Virus record (IMG/VR): IMGVR_UViG_3300045988_040622
Direction: 5' to 3' (one strand)
Length of the DNA: 59,895 bases
Source: a virus
Position 1 is the stretch's first letter. Every line of letters starts with the position of its first letter. The position numbers and the translations under genes are program-made. The notes under the pieces were generated by a model, which was not told the origin of the DNA, did not search any database, and saw only the letters and a list, made by a program, of their open reading frames with translations. This document shows positions 36,457 through 45,451 of the stretch, piece by piece.

Positions 36457-37146
36457 TTACTTTTTCAGTTTTCCCTTTTTCAGAAGAGAAATCATCTTTG
36501 AATTTTCCTCTGATGTAAACTTAAAATTGGAAAATCCGTTCTTTTTTGCGATTTCCGCGCGATGTTCTTTCGATACATCATCTTCTCCAACCGCTTTTAA
36601 TGCTTCAACGATTGATCCAGATTTTCCGGTATACATCGAATAATACTTGCTTGCATTTTTCTTTGCTCCAATTACAACGATTGCAGTGTGACCTTTTGTA
36701 CGCGTCACAAGAATGTCCCCGTTGTAAAGCAGTTCTCCGATTCGGTAAGAACCAGCATCGGTAAACAAGCCGGATTTCAAAAGAATGATTCTTTCGTTTG
36801 CAGTATTGAAATCTCCTACATCCTTCCCGAATGCATGGATAATACAAGCGCGTACAAGAGAAGAACAATCGCATTCCGTCTTAACCTTTGCGCTAATGCC
36901 ATGTTTAATGACTCCGTAGCGTTCCGATTGGTCATAGCCGATGTTTTTGTTGCCACACGCAATCTTCATAGCTTCAGCTAACTTCTCCGCAACCTTATTA
37001 TCCTTTGCTCTTAACACATTCCATCCCTTAGAATGGTTGTAAAACTTCTGCGTAGACACTTCCTGTCCGGTCTGGTCTCCGGCTTTTCCGCCAGAATAGC
37101 AGTTTCCGTGTTCATCGTGTCGCGCACTTCCGATAATTACTGCCAT
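36457..37146 (-). CDS. NlpC/P60-type peptidoglycan hydrolase (endolysin or virion-associated lysin candidate)
   Basis: CDCSSLVRACI (catalytic Cys context) and GDILVTRTKGHTAIVVIG (His context), with an extra C-terminal domain. Confidence 0.55.
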   Translation of the reverse strand: MAVIIGSARHDEHGNCYSGGKAGDQTGQEVSTQKFYNHSKGWNVLRAKDNKVAEKLAEAMKIACGNKNIGYDQSERYGVIKHGISAKVKTECDCSSLVRACIIHAFGKDVGDFNTANERIILLKSGLFTDAGSYRIGELLYNGDILVTRTKGHTAIVVIGAKKNASKYYSMYTGKSGSIVEALKAVGEDDVSKEHRAEIAKKNGFSNFKFTSEENSKMISLLKKGKLKK

Positions 37147-37162
37147 GGTAATACCTCTTTTC

Positions 37163-37501
37163 TTAAACTATCTTTGGCTTTGGTAAATGTGATTTCCTTG
37201 ATTCAGCCGCCCATGCTTCTTCCGCCTTAAGCATTTCTCGTATCTCAGCATCGGGATCGTCCGTATTATGCTTTTCGATGGAATCATAGCAAGTTTCTTT
37301 CACGTACTTACTATTACCCTTACCGAATGTAGCATCTATTGCTGTCACAAGTGCTGACGTTGCATATCTGCCAAACCACATATACATTTCCATATCGCGT
37401 TGCTTCCATTCTGTCTTATATGCATCCACATAAGGCTTAAGCAACTCTGGATTCATCATATCTATATCATCAACGGAAAATCCGTAGCCTTTCGTTACCA
37501 C
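37163..37501 (-). CDS. Tail assembly chaperone, -1 frame extension (T part of G-T)
   Basis: It lies in the -1 frame relative to 37543-37968. That frame is open continuously from the slippery site at 37579. Confidence 0.55.
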   Translation of the reverse strand: MVTKGYGFSVDDIDMMNPELLKPYVDAYKTEWKQRDMEMYMWFGRYATSALVTAIDATFGKGNSKYVKETCYDSIEKHNTDDPDAEIREMLKAEEAWAAESRKSHLPKPKIV

Positions 37502-37542
37502 AAGGTAAAACGGACGGATTTCCGAAACGTAATATTCCCATG

Positions 37543-37968
37543 TTAATTCTTGGCTTTCGCTTTGGATGGGGTCTTTTTCTTCTCCTGTTCCTGCTCCTGC
37601 GCTCTCTTCAACGACTCCATCATCTGCGCTAAAAAACCGTTTGTCACCATTTCCTTCTGCATATCATCAAATAAATCCATGCAGTTAATCTCGTTTGTGT
37701 CAATCGCGTCATAGAGAATGTTAGACACCTTCTCAAGCTGCTCATCGTAGCCTTCGTTTGTTTTGTAATCATATCCAAATTCTTCATTGTGATGCATCTG
37801 CAATCCTACAAGAAGCGTCTTAGGAAGTGTTTCAAGAAGAATATCTTCCATAGAAGAAATATCTTTCATGTCCTGCGTTTTCATAATATCCTGTAAGATA
37901 TGTGATTTTAACGATGGTCTTGTTGCAAACTGAATTGTATATTCTTTTCCACCTAATTTTACTTTCAT
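37543..37968 (-). CDS. Tail assembly chaperone (G-like)
   Basis: 141 aa, between the major tail and tape-measure genes, with an acidic/Lys-rich C-terminus. Confidence 0.6.
   Translation of the reverse strand: MKVKLGGKEYTIQFATRPSLKSHILQDIMKTQDMKDISSMEDILLETLPKTLLVGLQMHHNEEFGYDYKTNEGYDEQLEKVSNILYDAIDTNEINCMDLFDDMQKEMVTNGFLAQMMESLKRAQEQEQEKKKTPSKAKAKN
37573..37579 (-). promoter_or_regulatory. Putative -1 programmed frameshift site
   Basis: G AAA AAG in the zero frame (GAG AAG AAA AAG ACC), 10 codons before the G stop. Confidence 0.5.
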
Positions 37969-38111
37969 GTTTTACCTTGCCTTTCTGCCCTATATTGGCA
38001 AGGGGCAGTGTTGCCACCGCCCCATTGTTGCTTATCTTATTGCTTCAAGTTCTGCGATCGACCGTTCATCCTCGCCTACCGGTGCGGTCGATTGCTCGTC
38101 CGATAGGCTTT

Positions 38112-38597
38112 TTACCCCACCACTGTTACAGTGAATGTTCCATCGTTGTTATCAACGACAGTCAGCTTATCTGTAACAAGCTCTGATGCCGTGTTTGGAA
38201 TAACTGTTACCGTCATTTCAAGGATTTCATCGTTTCCACCTACATCGTTAGGTGTGGCAGTTGCGGTTCCTACATATGCGTACTTCGCTACGCCGCCAAT
38301 ACCGTCCGTTCCATACAGATGGATAATATCAAGTTTTTTATCTCCATATCCATCCACCTTTGAAAGATATTCTTTTTCAAGGTTTCCTGTGATTTCTCTT
38401 GAATCAGAAGTTTTAATTCCTTTTTCAAAAGTCTGCTGGTCATCTTCCATTGTGGTCGACTCAACAGTGTTTGGTGGTGATGCAGGACTTGGAACTGACT
38501 TAGCCGCAACCAAAAGATTATATGTTCCTGCAAAGTCAGCCTGTTTTTCCGTGTGCTCTTTTACAATGACACGCGTTCTATAACTTGTTGATGCCAT
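38112..38597 (-). CDS. Major tail protein
   Basis: 161 aa, placed before the chaperones. It is beta-rich, with GTATATPNDVGG...VTVIPN. Confidence 0.6.
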   Translation of the reverse strand: MASTSYRTRVIVKEHTEKQADFAGTYNLLVAAKSVPSPASPPNTVESTTMEDDQQTFEKGIKTSDSREITGNLEKEYLSKVDGYGDKKLDIIHLYGTDGIGGVAKYAYVGTATATPNDVGGNDEILEMTVTVIPNTASELVTDKLTVVDNNDGTFTVTVVG

Positions 38598-38618
38598 GAT
38601 TTCCTACTTCCTTTCTGC

Positions 38619-39047
38619 TTATAGCTGATCTAAATGCTCAACGTTTCCAATTACGCGAGTTGCGCGGAATGTAGCCGTTCGCACTTGCTTGGAAATTGTT
38701 GTGATTACATTTGATACTTCAAAACTTTGTTGTTTAAAAAAAGACACCGCATATGCTGCGATGTCCTTAGTTGCTTTTCTTGAACCTTTGTTTGTAATTG
38801 TGATCTGAAATGTTGGGCGAATTGCATTGATTGTCTTTGCTTCATTCGTTCGTCCGGCTTCTGTGACACCGATTTGTCTGACTAAAAGCGTCGGGAATAC
38901 TGCGGTGCCGCCCGATTCTTCTTCTTGCGTCACTTTAATTCCTCTTACCTTGCTTTCCATGTACGATTTCAAAAGGGAACATAAGGTGTCTTCAAAATCA
39001 AGTGCCCAACTATTTAACTCATTTTCCACCGAATACCTCCCTTGCAA
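38619..39047 (-). CDS. Tail terminator / neck protein (putative)
   Basis: 142 aa. Assigned by position only. Confidence 0.4.
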   Translation of the reverse strand: MQGRYSVENELNSWALDFEDTLCSLLKSYMESKVRGIKVTQEEESGGTAVFPTLLVRQIGVTEAGRTNEAKTINAIRPTFQITITNKGSRKATKDIAAYAVSFFKQQSFEVSNVITTISKQVRTATFRATRVIGNVEHLDQL

Positions 39048-39561
39048 TTTTTACGTACTGTTGAATAATCTGTTGCTCCGCATTATACATAGGCATTGTG
39101 GCTTTGATACCGTGGGTATAACGCCATGTTTCGGTCTTATCGTCCCAATAGTACCAACCATCTTCAAAAGCGTGTATTTGTCCCGGATACGTTCCGACAC
39201 CGAATCCAAGTTCGGGTGCTTTTGGGTTCTCTTTGGAGTTATAAAAAATACCGGCTCCAAACTCTACCGCCAACAAAGTATAGAACGGTTCTCTATCTTC
39301 TGCCGTTACCGTTTTTCCGGTCGCAATGAGAATCGCGTTCGAGGTCATTAACTGCGGTGCTTTATCTACCCTTACCGTTATCGTGTTTCCTAATGGTGAT
39401 TCCGATATGTGTTGTATTGCCACCGTCTGACCTATCTGTGCAAGCCTAGAAACAAGTAAATCGCATTTAGCCTGTAAACTATCGCGGTACTTTTCTAATT
39501 CCTTTATGGCGGCTTGTATGGATTTAGTGGATAGTGTCATTGAAATAGTTTTCTTTGCCAT
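39019..39561 (-). CDS. Neck / tail-completion protein (putative)
   Basis: 180 aa. Assigned by position only. Confidence 0.4.
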   Translation of the reverse strand: MAKKTISMTLSTKSIQAAIKELEKYRDSLQAKCDLLVSRLAQIGQTVAIQHISESPLGNTITVRVDKAPQLMTSNAILIATGKTVTAEDREPFYTLLAVEFGAGIFYNSKENPKAPELGFGVGTYPGQIHAFEDGWYYWDDKTETWRYTHGIKATMPMYNAEQQIIQQYVKIAREVFGGK

Positions 39562-39569
39562 GTGATTAC

Positions 39570-40028
39570 CTACTTAATATTCTTCCGAAGAAGAAACAAA
39601 TCCGTGGTCAGTCCTTCATCGGCAACGCCTTTTACGATGTAATCTGCGGTTTCTGAATCCACAAGTCCATCATCAGTGCGTTTGACTTCCGAACGTTTCC
39701 ACACCACATCACCGGCTTTCAGTGGCAAATATCCTTTATCCGTGACAAGCTGACAGTATGATGTACTATCATCAATTCCGAATTCTTTCACAAGGGCTTC
39801 TGACAACTTATTGCTGATATTGGCTTTGAATGTCGTAGGTTCTGAAAACCCTTCAATTTCCTCGCCTTTTGGAATCTTGTTGCCTTCGGAATCTAAATAA
39901 GGTACAAAGTTTCCATCGGAATCCTTGTACCCTTCATAGACAATATCTCCATTTTCGTCAGTTTGTGGGATAAATACCCTCTGACCGGATTGTGAATACT
40001 TCATTTCCTGCTTGTTAATGTCAAGCAT
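39570..40028 (-). CDS. Head-closure / neck protein (putative)
   Basis: Start is trimmed to MLDINKQEMKY, overlapping the stop of the holin-like gene. Confidence 0.4.
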   Translation of the reverse strand: MLDINKQEMKYSQSGQRVFIPQTDENGDIVYEGYKDSDGNFVPYLDSEGNKIPKGEEIEGFSEPTTFKANISNKLSEALVKEFGIDDSTSYCQLVTDKGYLPLKAGDVVWKRSEVKRTDDGLVDSETADYIVKGVADEGLTTDLFLLRKNIK

Positions 40029-40224
40029 TGGTGTTTTCCTCTGGGATTCCGGCAACACTTGTCAGAAGTGATAACACTCCGGCAAGGACTGATGCAGAAA
40101 GAACATATTTCCAATCCACCGCGCCCATAAATGCCGCCGTTCCAATTCCGGCAATTGCCGCCTGCGCAACAGTCTTGATTGCTCGGATTCCGGCTTTCTT
40201 AGTCCAATCCTTCCAATTCCTCAT
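40021..40224 (-). CDS. Holin-like small membrane protein (LL-H / phiLC3-type pattern)
   Basis: 67 aa. AGIRAIKTVAQAAIAGIGTAAFMGAVDW...VLAGVLSLLTSVAG gives two TM segments of the kind seen in these holins. Confidence 0.5.
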   Translation of the reverse strand: MRNWKDWTKKAGIRAIKTVAQAAIAGIGTAAFMGAVDWKYVLSASVLAGVLSLLTSVAGIPEENTNA

Positions 40225-40528
40225 GGCTTTTATCTCCTTTCCCTATATGAATCTCTTCAATCTCATGTTTCATTTTCGTAACCATGCCATTTCCACCTAA
40301 CGCATGGTACGCATCATACATCTCACAGAAGTTCTGATAGGCATATGACGGTATTTCTCCGATTCTGGTGTACTTTGCATGGTATTCAATGAGCTGGACG
40401 CGCAAAAGAAGCATTGTTCCTTTACTGTTCGCGTCCCTGCTTTTCTTTTGCTGTTTAAGAAGCCAAACTATATACCCAAGCACTATCGGAAGTGCCACAA
40501 GATAAGTTTGAATCAAAATACTTTTCAT
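40199..40528 (-). CDS. N-terminally membrane-anchored protein (holin-associated?)
   Basis: Start is trimmed to MKSILIQTYLVALPIVLGYIVWLL after an AAAGGAG RBS. It overlaps the holin-like gene. Confidence 0.45.
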   Translation of the reverse strand: MKSILIQTYLVALPIVLGYIVWLLKQQKKSRDANSKGTMLLLRVQLIEYHAKYTRIGEIPSYAYQNFCEMYDAYHALGGNGMVTKMKHEIEEIHIGKGDKSHEELEGLD

Positions 40529-40624
40529 TTGAATCTCCTTTTGACGCACTGCCCACCACCGCTTAATGTGCGCCGCCTGCAACCATTTTACCGACATCGG
40601 CAATATGGTCACGCTCAATCTTCT

Positions 40625-41002
40625 TTATAAAACTTTAGCAAATGGAAATACCCCAACAAATAAGCTGCCTCTATCTCTCCAAGCTCTGTTAACGCCATTC
40701 TCGTTGTAGCTTGCCATAAATGTTTCACCTGCCTGCGAATGGTCGTAGACAGCCAGATTAACAATAACACTCTCAAATTTTTTCAAGTCCTCAGTTATCA
40801 TTTCATCTGTGTAGCTGTCTGGATAATTTCTCTTTGCCTTTACATCTTCTGCAGCCTGTTTAATAAGCTGTTCGATTACCGGATTATCTTCTTTGTTATC
40901 GAACACTACCACATCAGATGTTGTTTCATCATCATTTGTGACTGTATCAATATGAAATTGTTTAAGTCTGATTTTAACTTGCTCTAATGTGGTGTATTCC
41001 AT
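40625..41002 (-). CDS. Head-tail connector (gp6-like) protein
   Basis: 125 aa. TLEQVKIRLK...QLIKQAAEDVKAKRNY fits the pattern of head-tail connector (DNA-packaging) proteins. Confidence 0.55.
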   Translation of the reverse strand: MEYTTLEQVKIRLKQFHIDTVTNDDETTSDVVVFDNKEDNPVIEQLIKQAAEDVKAKRNYPDSYTDEMITEDLKKFESVIVNLAVYDHSQAGETFMASYNENGVNRAWRDRGSLFVGVFPFAKVL

Positions 41003-41013
41003 AATTTCAGCTC

Positions 41014-41292
41014 CTATAACCCTAATTTCTCAATTAACAGTTCTTTAAGTTCTGCTCCTGTAAGCTCCATTGCGTTCTCAATACCTTGTTCTAAGGCAAG
41101 TGTCTGCAAGTCCGCTGTTGACATACGCTTAATATCTGTCTTTGTGTAGTCGCTTGTAGGTTGAGCAGGGAACTTGTCCTGCTCTTCCTCATACTTAAGC
41201 TCATCTCCATAAACAGCTTCTTGTCTTACATTATCTGCTGTTACTTCTTCGCTCTGCTTTGCGGCGTTGATTTTATGTCGTCTTAATAACAT
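41014..41292 (-). CDS. Small protein with Rho-N/SAP-like C-terminal motif
   Basis: The C-terminus is STADLQTLALEQGIENAMELTGAELKELLIEKLGL. Confidence 0.45.
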   Translation of the reverse strand: MLLRRHKINAAKQSEEVTADNVRQEAVYGDELKYEEEQDKFPAQPTSDYTKTDIKRMSTADLQTLALEQGIENAMELTGAELKELLIEKLGL

Positions 41293-41303
41293 ATAAACAC
41301 CTC

Positions 41304-42335
41304 TTACTTTCCGAACTTAGCAAGAACAACCTTTGAATCATTGCTTAAGACTGCTGTATAGTGTTCATCACCAGAGATAACAGTTGTCTTTGCAAGAATA
41401 TCTCTGTCTGATTCAATCTCAACGCTTCTCTTCATATAGATTGTAAGTGCATTCTCTTCCTCTGATGCGCCATCTGCACCTGCGTCCTCGTTAGGGTCAT
41501 CTGCTGACACGATAACAATAGGGCAAGCGTAGAACTCTGTTGTAACAGCCTTTAACTTGCTACCTACCTTAATTTCTTTGCCCTTTGGCTTAAGCGTATG
41601 TGCAAGTGCTGTGTCAAGATGAACATTGGTTGAATCCTCACTTGTTGTATCAGCCACAACATTGATTGTTCCTGTTGAATCATCAAGCTCATACTTAACT
41701 AACTTAACTTTCTTTGACTTAACAACCTGCGCTCCCGCAATAGAACCGATAGTTCCATTCATAATTACATTAAGTGGGTACTTGTCATTGCTCTTGAAAT
41801 CATCGTCATTAAGTAATGTAGCTTCCTGCGCCGGATTAATGAACAATATCTTTGTAAGTGATGAATCTGATTCATCATCAAACTTGCTATTAGCCGCTAC
41901 AACTGCTGAATAGCTGATAGGTGCTGCTGTTCCATCGTAATCAATAGGTGCTGTGCAAAGTGCGTCATAGCTGTCATTATCAACTTTTGCAGCGATTGAC
42001 ATAGCAATCTGATTGATAGCTGTACCAAGTGGGTCGCCATAACCAGATAATACTGATTCATCTGTAAGCTCTACAGCCTTACCTGCTTTCTTAACCTTTG
42101 CTTCTGTTGTAGATGTTGTAAGTACTGTTGTACCCATAGCAACACCTTCTGCTACATCTTCTGCGTCACCAATATAAGCATACTTTGGCACAACGATTGT
42201 GCTTCCCGGTCTGCCTACAAGTGTTGTATCAACTCTTGCAATAGGCGAAAACTTAATTTTCTTTGGTAACTTAGCTGATACCATATCAGCCATTACTTGT
42301 GGGTCTACTAAATTTTCTAACTTAGTCTGTGGCAT
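41304..42335 (-). CDS. Major capsid protein
   Basis: 343 aa, downstream of the scaffold gene. N-terminal LVDPQVMADMVSAKLPKKIKFSPIARVD...VPKYAYIGDAEDV is typical of a widespread MCP family. Confidence 0.75.
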   Translation of the reverse strand: MPQTKLENLVDPQVMADMVSAKLPKKIKFSPIARVDTTLVGRPGSTIVVPKYAYIGDAEDVAEGVAMGTTVLTTSTTEAKVKKAGKAVELTDESVLSGYGDPLGTAINQIAMSIAAKVDNDSYDALCTAPIDYDGTAAPISYSAVVAANSKFDDESDSSLTKILFINPAQEATLLNDDDFKSNDKYPLNVIMNGTIGSIAGAQVVKSKKVKLVKYELDDSTGTINVVADTTSEDSTNVHLDTALAHTLKPKGKEIKVGSKLKAVTTEFYACPIVIVSADDPNEDAGADGASEEENALTIYMKRSVEIESDRDILAKTTVISGDEHYTAVLSNDSKVVLAKFGK

Positions 42336-42355
42336 AGTTTCTTTACCTCCGTTTT

Positions 42356-42934
42356 CTACTCTGTGAACTTTTTATAAAGTTCTGGATTCTTATTTTTGAA
42401 CTCCACTCTTTCGTGGTAATTCATCTTGTTAAACTGTTCCTGTGTTATCGTGCTTTCTTCTCCACCGCCTGCATTAATAGCCGGTCTTGATTTAAGCCAC
42501 TCTGCCTTTGCTTCTTTAACCTGTCTTTGCACTTCATTAGCAATTACAGTTGCTATAAGGCTATGGTCTGCATCTGTAACCGCCTCAATCAAAGAATCAA
42601 TATCCTTTCCATCACCTATAACTTTCTGATAAGCATTGACAGCTTTCATATGATTAAGTTCTTTGCTCATGTTCTCGAACTTTTCAGCCTGCAATTTTTC
42701 AGCTTCCGCTTTTGCTTCCGCTTCCTGTTCTTCTGCTGTCTGCTTCGAGCGAAGTTCTTTCTTATACTTAGCTGCTTCTGAACTGGCTTTATCGGAAGCG
42801 TTCTTATACTTCTCTTTTTCAGCTCTTTCACTAGCGAGCTGTGCCATAAGTTCTTCTACGCTAGGTGTATGCTCTTCGTTCTGTGGTTCATTGTTAGTTG
42901 TTGGTTCTGTTGTTGTGTTAATTACATCTGCCAT
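42356..42934 (-). CDS. Scaffolding protein
   Basis: Start is trimmed to MADVINTTT. The sequence is a highly charged coiled coil (AEEQEAEAKAEAEKLQAEK), between the portal and MCP genes. Confidence 0.65.
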   Translation of the reverse strand: MADVINTTTEPTTNNEPQNEEHTPSVEELMAQLASERAEKEKYKNASDKASSEAAKYKKELRSKQTAEEQEAEAKAEAEKLQAEKFENMSKELNHMKAVNAYQKVIGDGKDIDSLIEAVTDADHSLIATVIANEVQRQVKEAKAEWLKSRPAINAGGGEESTITQEQFNKMNYHERVEFKNKNPELYKKFTE

Positions 42935-43060
42935 AATTTCTTTACCTCTGCTTTCTGCGTTTTTTGTTGTTCTCTCAACTTCTTGCGATATTTGTATTGC
43001 CCTTTCTCTAGGGCATATAAAAAACCACAAGGCATTTTCTACCTTGTGGCTCAATATCAA

Positions 43061-44653
43061 TTATTTATCTGTTCTGCTCTTATCTATAACCGGACTATTT
43101 TCTGTCTGATCTGATAAGTCTTGCATTGTGCGATCTTTATTAGGTGGCTGTTCTCCATCTCCACCCTCTGCTTGGTTCTGTGTATCTTTGTTGATTATAC
43201 TGTCTTGATATGCTCTAACCATCTTTCCGCTTCTCGCTACAACATCGTTAGGGTCATCAAAGAATGGAATTGCATCAACTGTATCTTTAAGGCTAAATCC
43301 GTGGCTTATCAATGTTGCCATGGCATTAACCTTGGTTGACATTTCATAAGTTTTTTGTCGCTTAATGTTAGGCTTTACATCTCTTGCCCTTAATTTAAGT
43401 AATGGGTTGCTGCTGTTAACATTGTTTGAAAACTTAATAGCCGCAAGAACAACTTTTATTTCTTCCATTTTGCAGCCATCAGTAATTAATTGCTGTTTTG
43501 CTGCCGCTGTCTCAGCCTGTGACCAACCTGTTGCGTCTGACATTGCAACTCCTGTACTGCCACCACTGTTATCATTTCGTTGTGGTACATTGCATTTCTG
43601 TAAGATTATCTGCCGCCTTGATTGGATATTATTAAGCATACCTGTGTAATCATAATTAATTGCAAGTGGTTCAACTATTGGAGTTTTGCCATCTGCTGAT
43701 GTGTAGGTCTGCATCCATTCTCCAGATTTTGGTTTCCTTGCTTTTTCAGTAATGCGTTGCGTTCCATCTTTATCAACTGTTGTTTCCTGTTCAACTGGGA
43801 AATCAACATCATTTGTATGCCATACTGCCTGTGTATTCTGTTCGACATCATTTGTAAAATCTGAAATGAGTAGGTTCAAGTTATCCATTTCAGATATTTG
43901 CCGTTCAAAACAGCCCATTCTATCAAATGACCTTGTGTATTCAATGATAGGAATTTTATGCAGTGGGTTTTCTTCTCCGCTTCTCTCCAAAAACCCCCAT
44001 TTTGTTTTCCCTTTATTTTTTCCGTTAGTGATTTTTATTCCGTCGGTAATTTCATATCTCGTATCTTTGGTAAAACAAGTGTAATACCTGGTACCGCTGT
44101 GCTTATCTTTTATATATGTCCCAGCAAGAACAACTCTCTTGTCGCTGTAGGCGGTTGACCTTACAACAAATGTCGTTCTTGGATCTAATACATTATATGT
44201 GAAATAGCTTTCCCCATCCTCGTATTCTGTATTTACATCAATGAGGACATATCCAACACCACCGATTTCAACATATCTTGCAAGTTTCTGCTGCTTCTGT
44301 CTTGCGTTCTGTGATTCGTAGCAACTGTTTAATTCCGCTATAGCTTTTGTAAGGTTAGAATCCTCATTGTCGCCATTTTGAACTAACGTTATAGGATTTC
44401 CCCACTTAAAACCTAAATTAAACTCCGTGACTTCATTAGCCACATTATCACAGCACTCACAGTCAATGTCTGGTCTGTAAGTCTTTGGATTCTTCCTAAC
44501 TATTGGCTGTATTCCTGCGTCATAATCAAGAAGAAACTGTATTCTGTTAGAATTAATATCATGTTCCAAAATTGCTTCACGCAAAATTGGTATTATGTTG
44601 TCAGACGTTATTTCTTTTGCGCCTGTATATATGACAATTCTTCCTGCCTGCAT
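43061..44653 (-). CDS. Portal protein (SPP1 gp6-like)
   Basis: 530 aa. N-terminal ITSDNIIPILREAILEHDINSNRIQFLLDYDAGIQPI and its position support the call. Confidence 0.8.
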   Translation of the reverse strand: MQAGRIVIYTGAKEITSDNIIPILREAILEHDINSNRIQFLLDYDAGIQPIVRKNPKTYRPDIDCECCDNVANEVTEFNLGFKWGNPITLVQNGDNEDSNLTKAIAELNSCYESQNARQKQQKLARYVEIGGVGYVLIDVNTEYEDGESYFTYNVLDPRTTFVVRSTAYSDKRVVLAGTYIKDKHSGTRYYTCFTKDTRYEITDGIKITNGKNKGKTKWGFLERSGEENPLHKIPIIEYTRSFDRMGCFERQISEMDNLNLLISDFTNDVEQNTQAVWHTNDVDFPVEQETTVDKDGTQRITEKARKPKSGEWMQTYTSADGKTPIVEPLAINYDYTGMLNNIQSRRQIILQKCNVPQRNDNSGGSTGVAMSDATGWSQAETAAAKQQLITDGCKMEEIKVVLAAIKFSNNVNSSNPLLKLRARDVKPNIKRQKTYEMSTKVNAMATLISHGFSLKDTVDAIPFFDDPNDVVARSGKMVRAYQDSIINKDTQNQAEGGDGEQPPNKDRTMQDLSDQTENSPVIDKSRTDK

Positions 44654-44664
44654 TGTCTACACCT

Positions 44665-44874
44665 CTAATAAAATCTCATGCCATTCGAACTTCTTCTGTC
44701 CGGTATTTCCTTAACCTGAAAATCGTCATCATCGTTAGGTACATACCAAATCCACTTGTGGCAGTGCCTACAAGCCAGTTTATGTGTTCGTGGGTCTTTG
44801 CTGTCTGCTTTTGTTAAAAATTTATGGCAGTTCGGACACATGATTGATTTATCTTTATTCATATAAAAATTCAT
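44665..44874 (-). CDS. Small zinc-ribbon protein
   Basis: Start is trimmed to MNFYMNKDK. It carries CPNC...CRHC. Confidence 0.45.
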   Translation of the reverse strand: MNFYMNKDKSIMCPNCHKFLTKADSKDPRTHKLACRHCHKWIWYVPNDDDDFQVKEIPDRRSSNGMRFY

Positions 44875-44895
44875 ATTTTTACCTCGTTGCATAAC

Positions 44896-44930
44896 AAAAA
44901 GCACCGCCACAATTAAGCAACGGTGCTTTT
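44896..44930 (-). terminator. Terminator between the DUF1492-like gene and the portal region
   Basis: AAAAGCACCG / CGGTGCTTTT stem, followed by TTTTTG on the minus strand. Confidence 0.65.
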
Positions 44931-45006
44931 GATGAAGAATGTGTTTATGAAAAACATCTTTGTAACTTCTTACAAATACAGTATATCATTGAAGCAATAT
45001 GACATT

Positions 45007-45438
45007 CTATGACATCTTTAAATACGTGTTACCATATTTTTCTTCAAATGCTTTAAGAGCCTTTCCGTGAAGTCTGATAATTTGTCTCCATGAGTATTTC
45101 ATTTCTGTAGCGATAACTTCAAAAGTTTTCTTTTCGATATATCTTGAAAACAAAATATTATAGCAATCTTCATTCTCTATGCCGTCTATTTGCCCTATAA
45201 TCAAGTCTTTTTTTTCAATGTATTCATCTATCATGTTGTCAAGATTATGCTCCATTTCGTCAATTTTGGCGTATGTAGAGCCTATTTTATCTGGGTCAGA
45301 TGAAACCATTACTCTTTCTTCATTTTTTACCGCCAATATGCTGTGGGAAAGCTCTCTAAGCTGTGATATCTCTGCCAGCTTATTATTTATCATTCTATTG
45401 AGTCTGCTTATTTGGTTCAAATAATCCTTGGTTGTCAT
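45007..45438 (-). CDS. Sigma-70 region-4-like phage transcriptional regulator (DUF1492/ArpU-RinA-like)
   Basis: DYLNQISRLNRMINNKLAEISQLREL at the N-terminus and ILFSRYIEKKTFEVIATEMKYSWRQIIRLHGKALKAFE at the C-terminus (HTH). Confidence 0.6.
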   Translation of the reverse strand: MTTKDYLNQISRLNRMINNKLAEISQLRELSHSILAVKNEERVMVSSDPDKIGSTYAKIDEMEHNLDNMIDEYIEKKDLIIGQIDGIENEDCYNILFSRYIEKKTFEVIATEMKYSWRQIIRLHGKALKAFEEKYGNTYLKMS

Positions 45439-45451
45439 ACAAACCCTCCTC

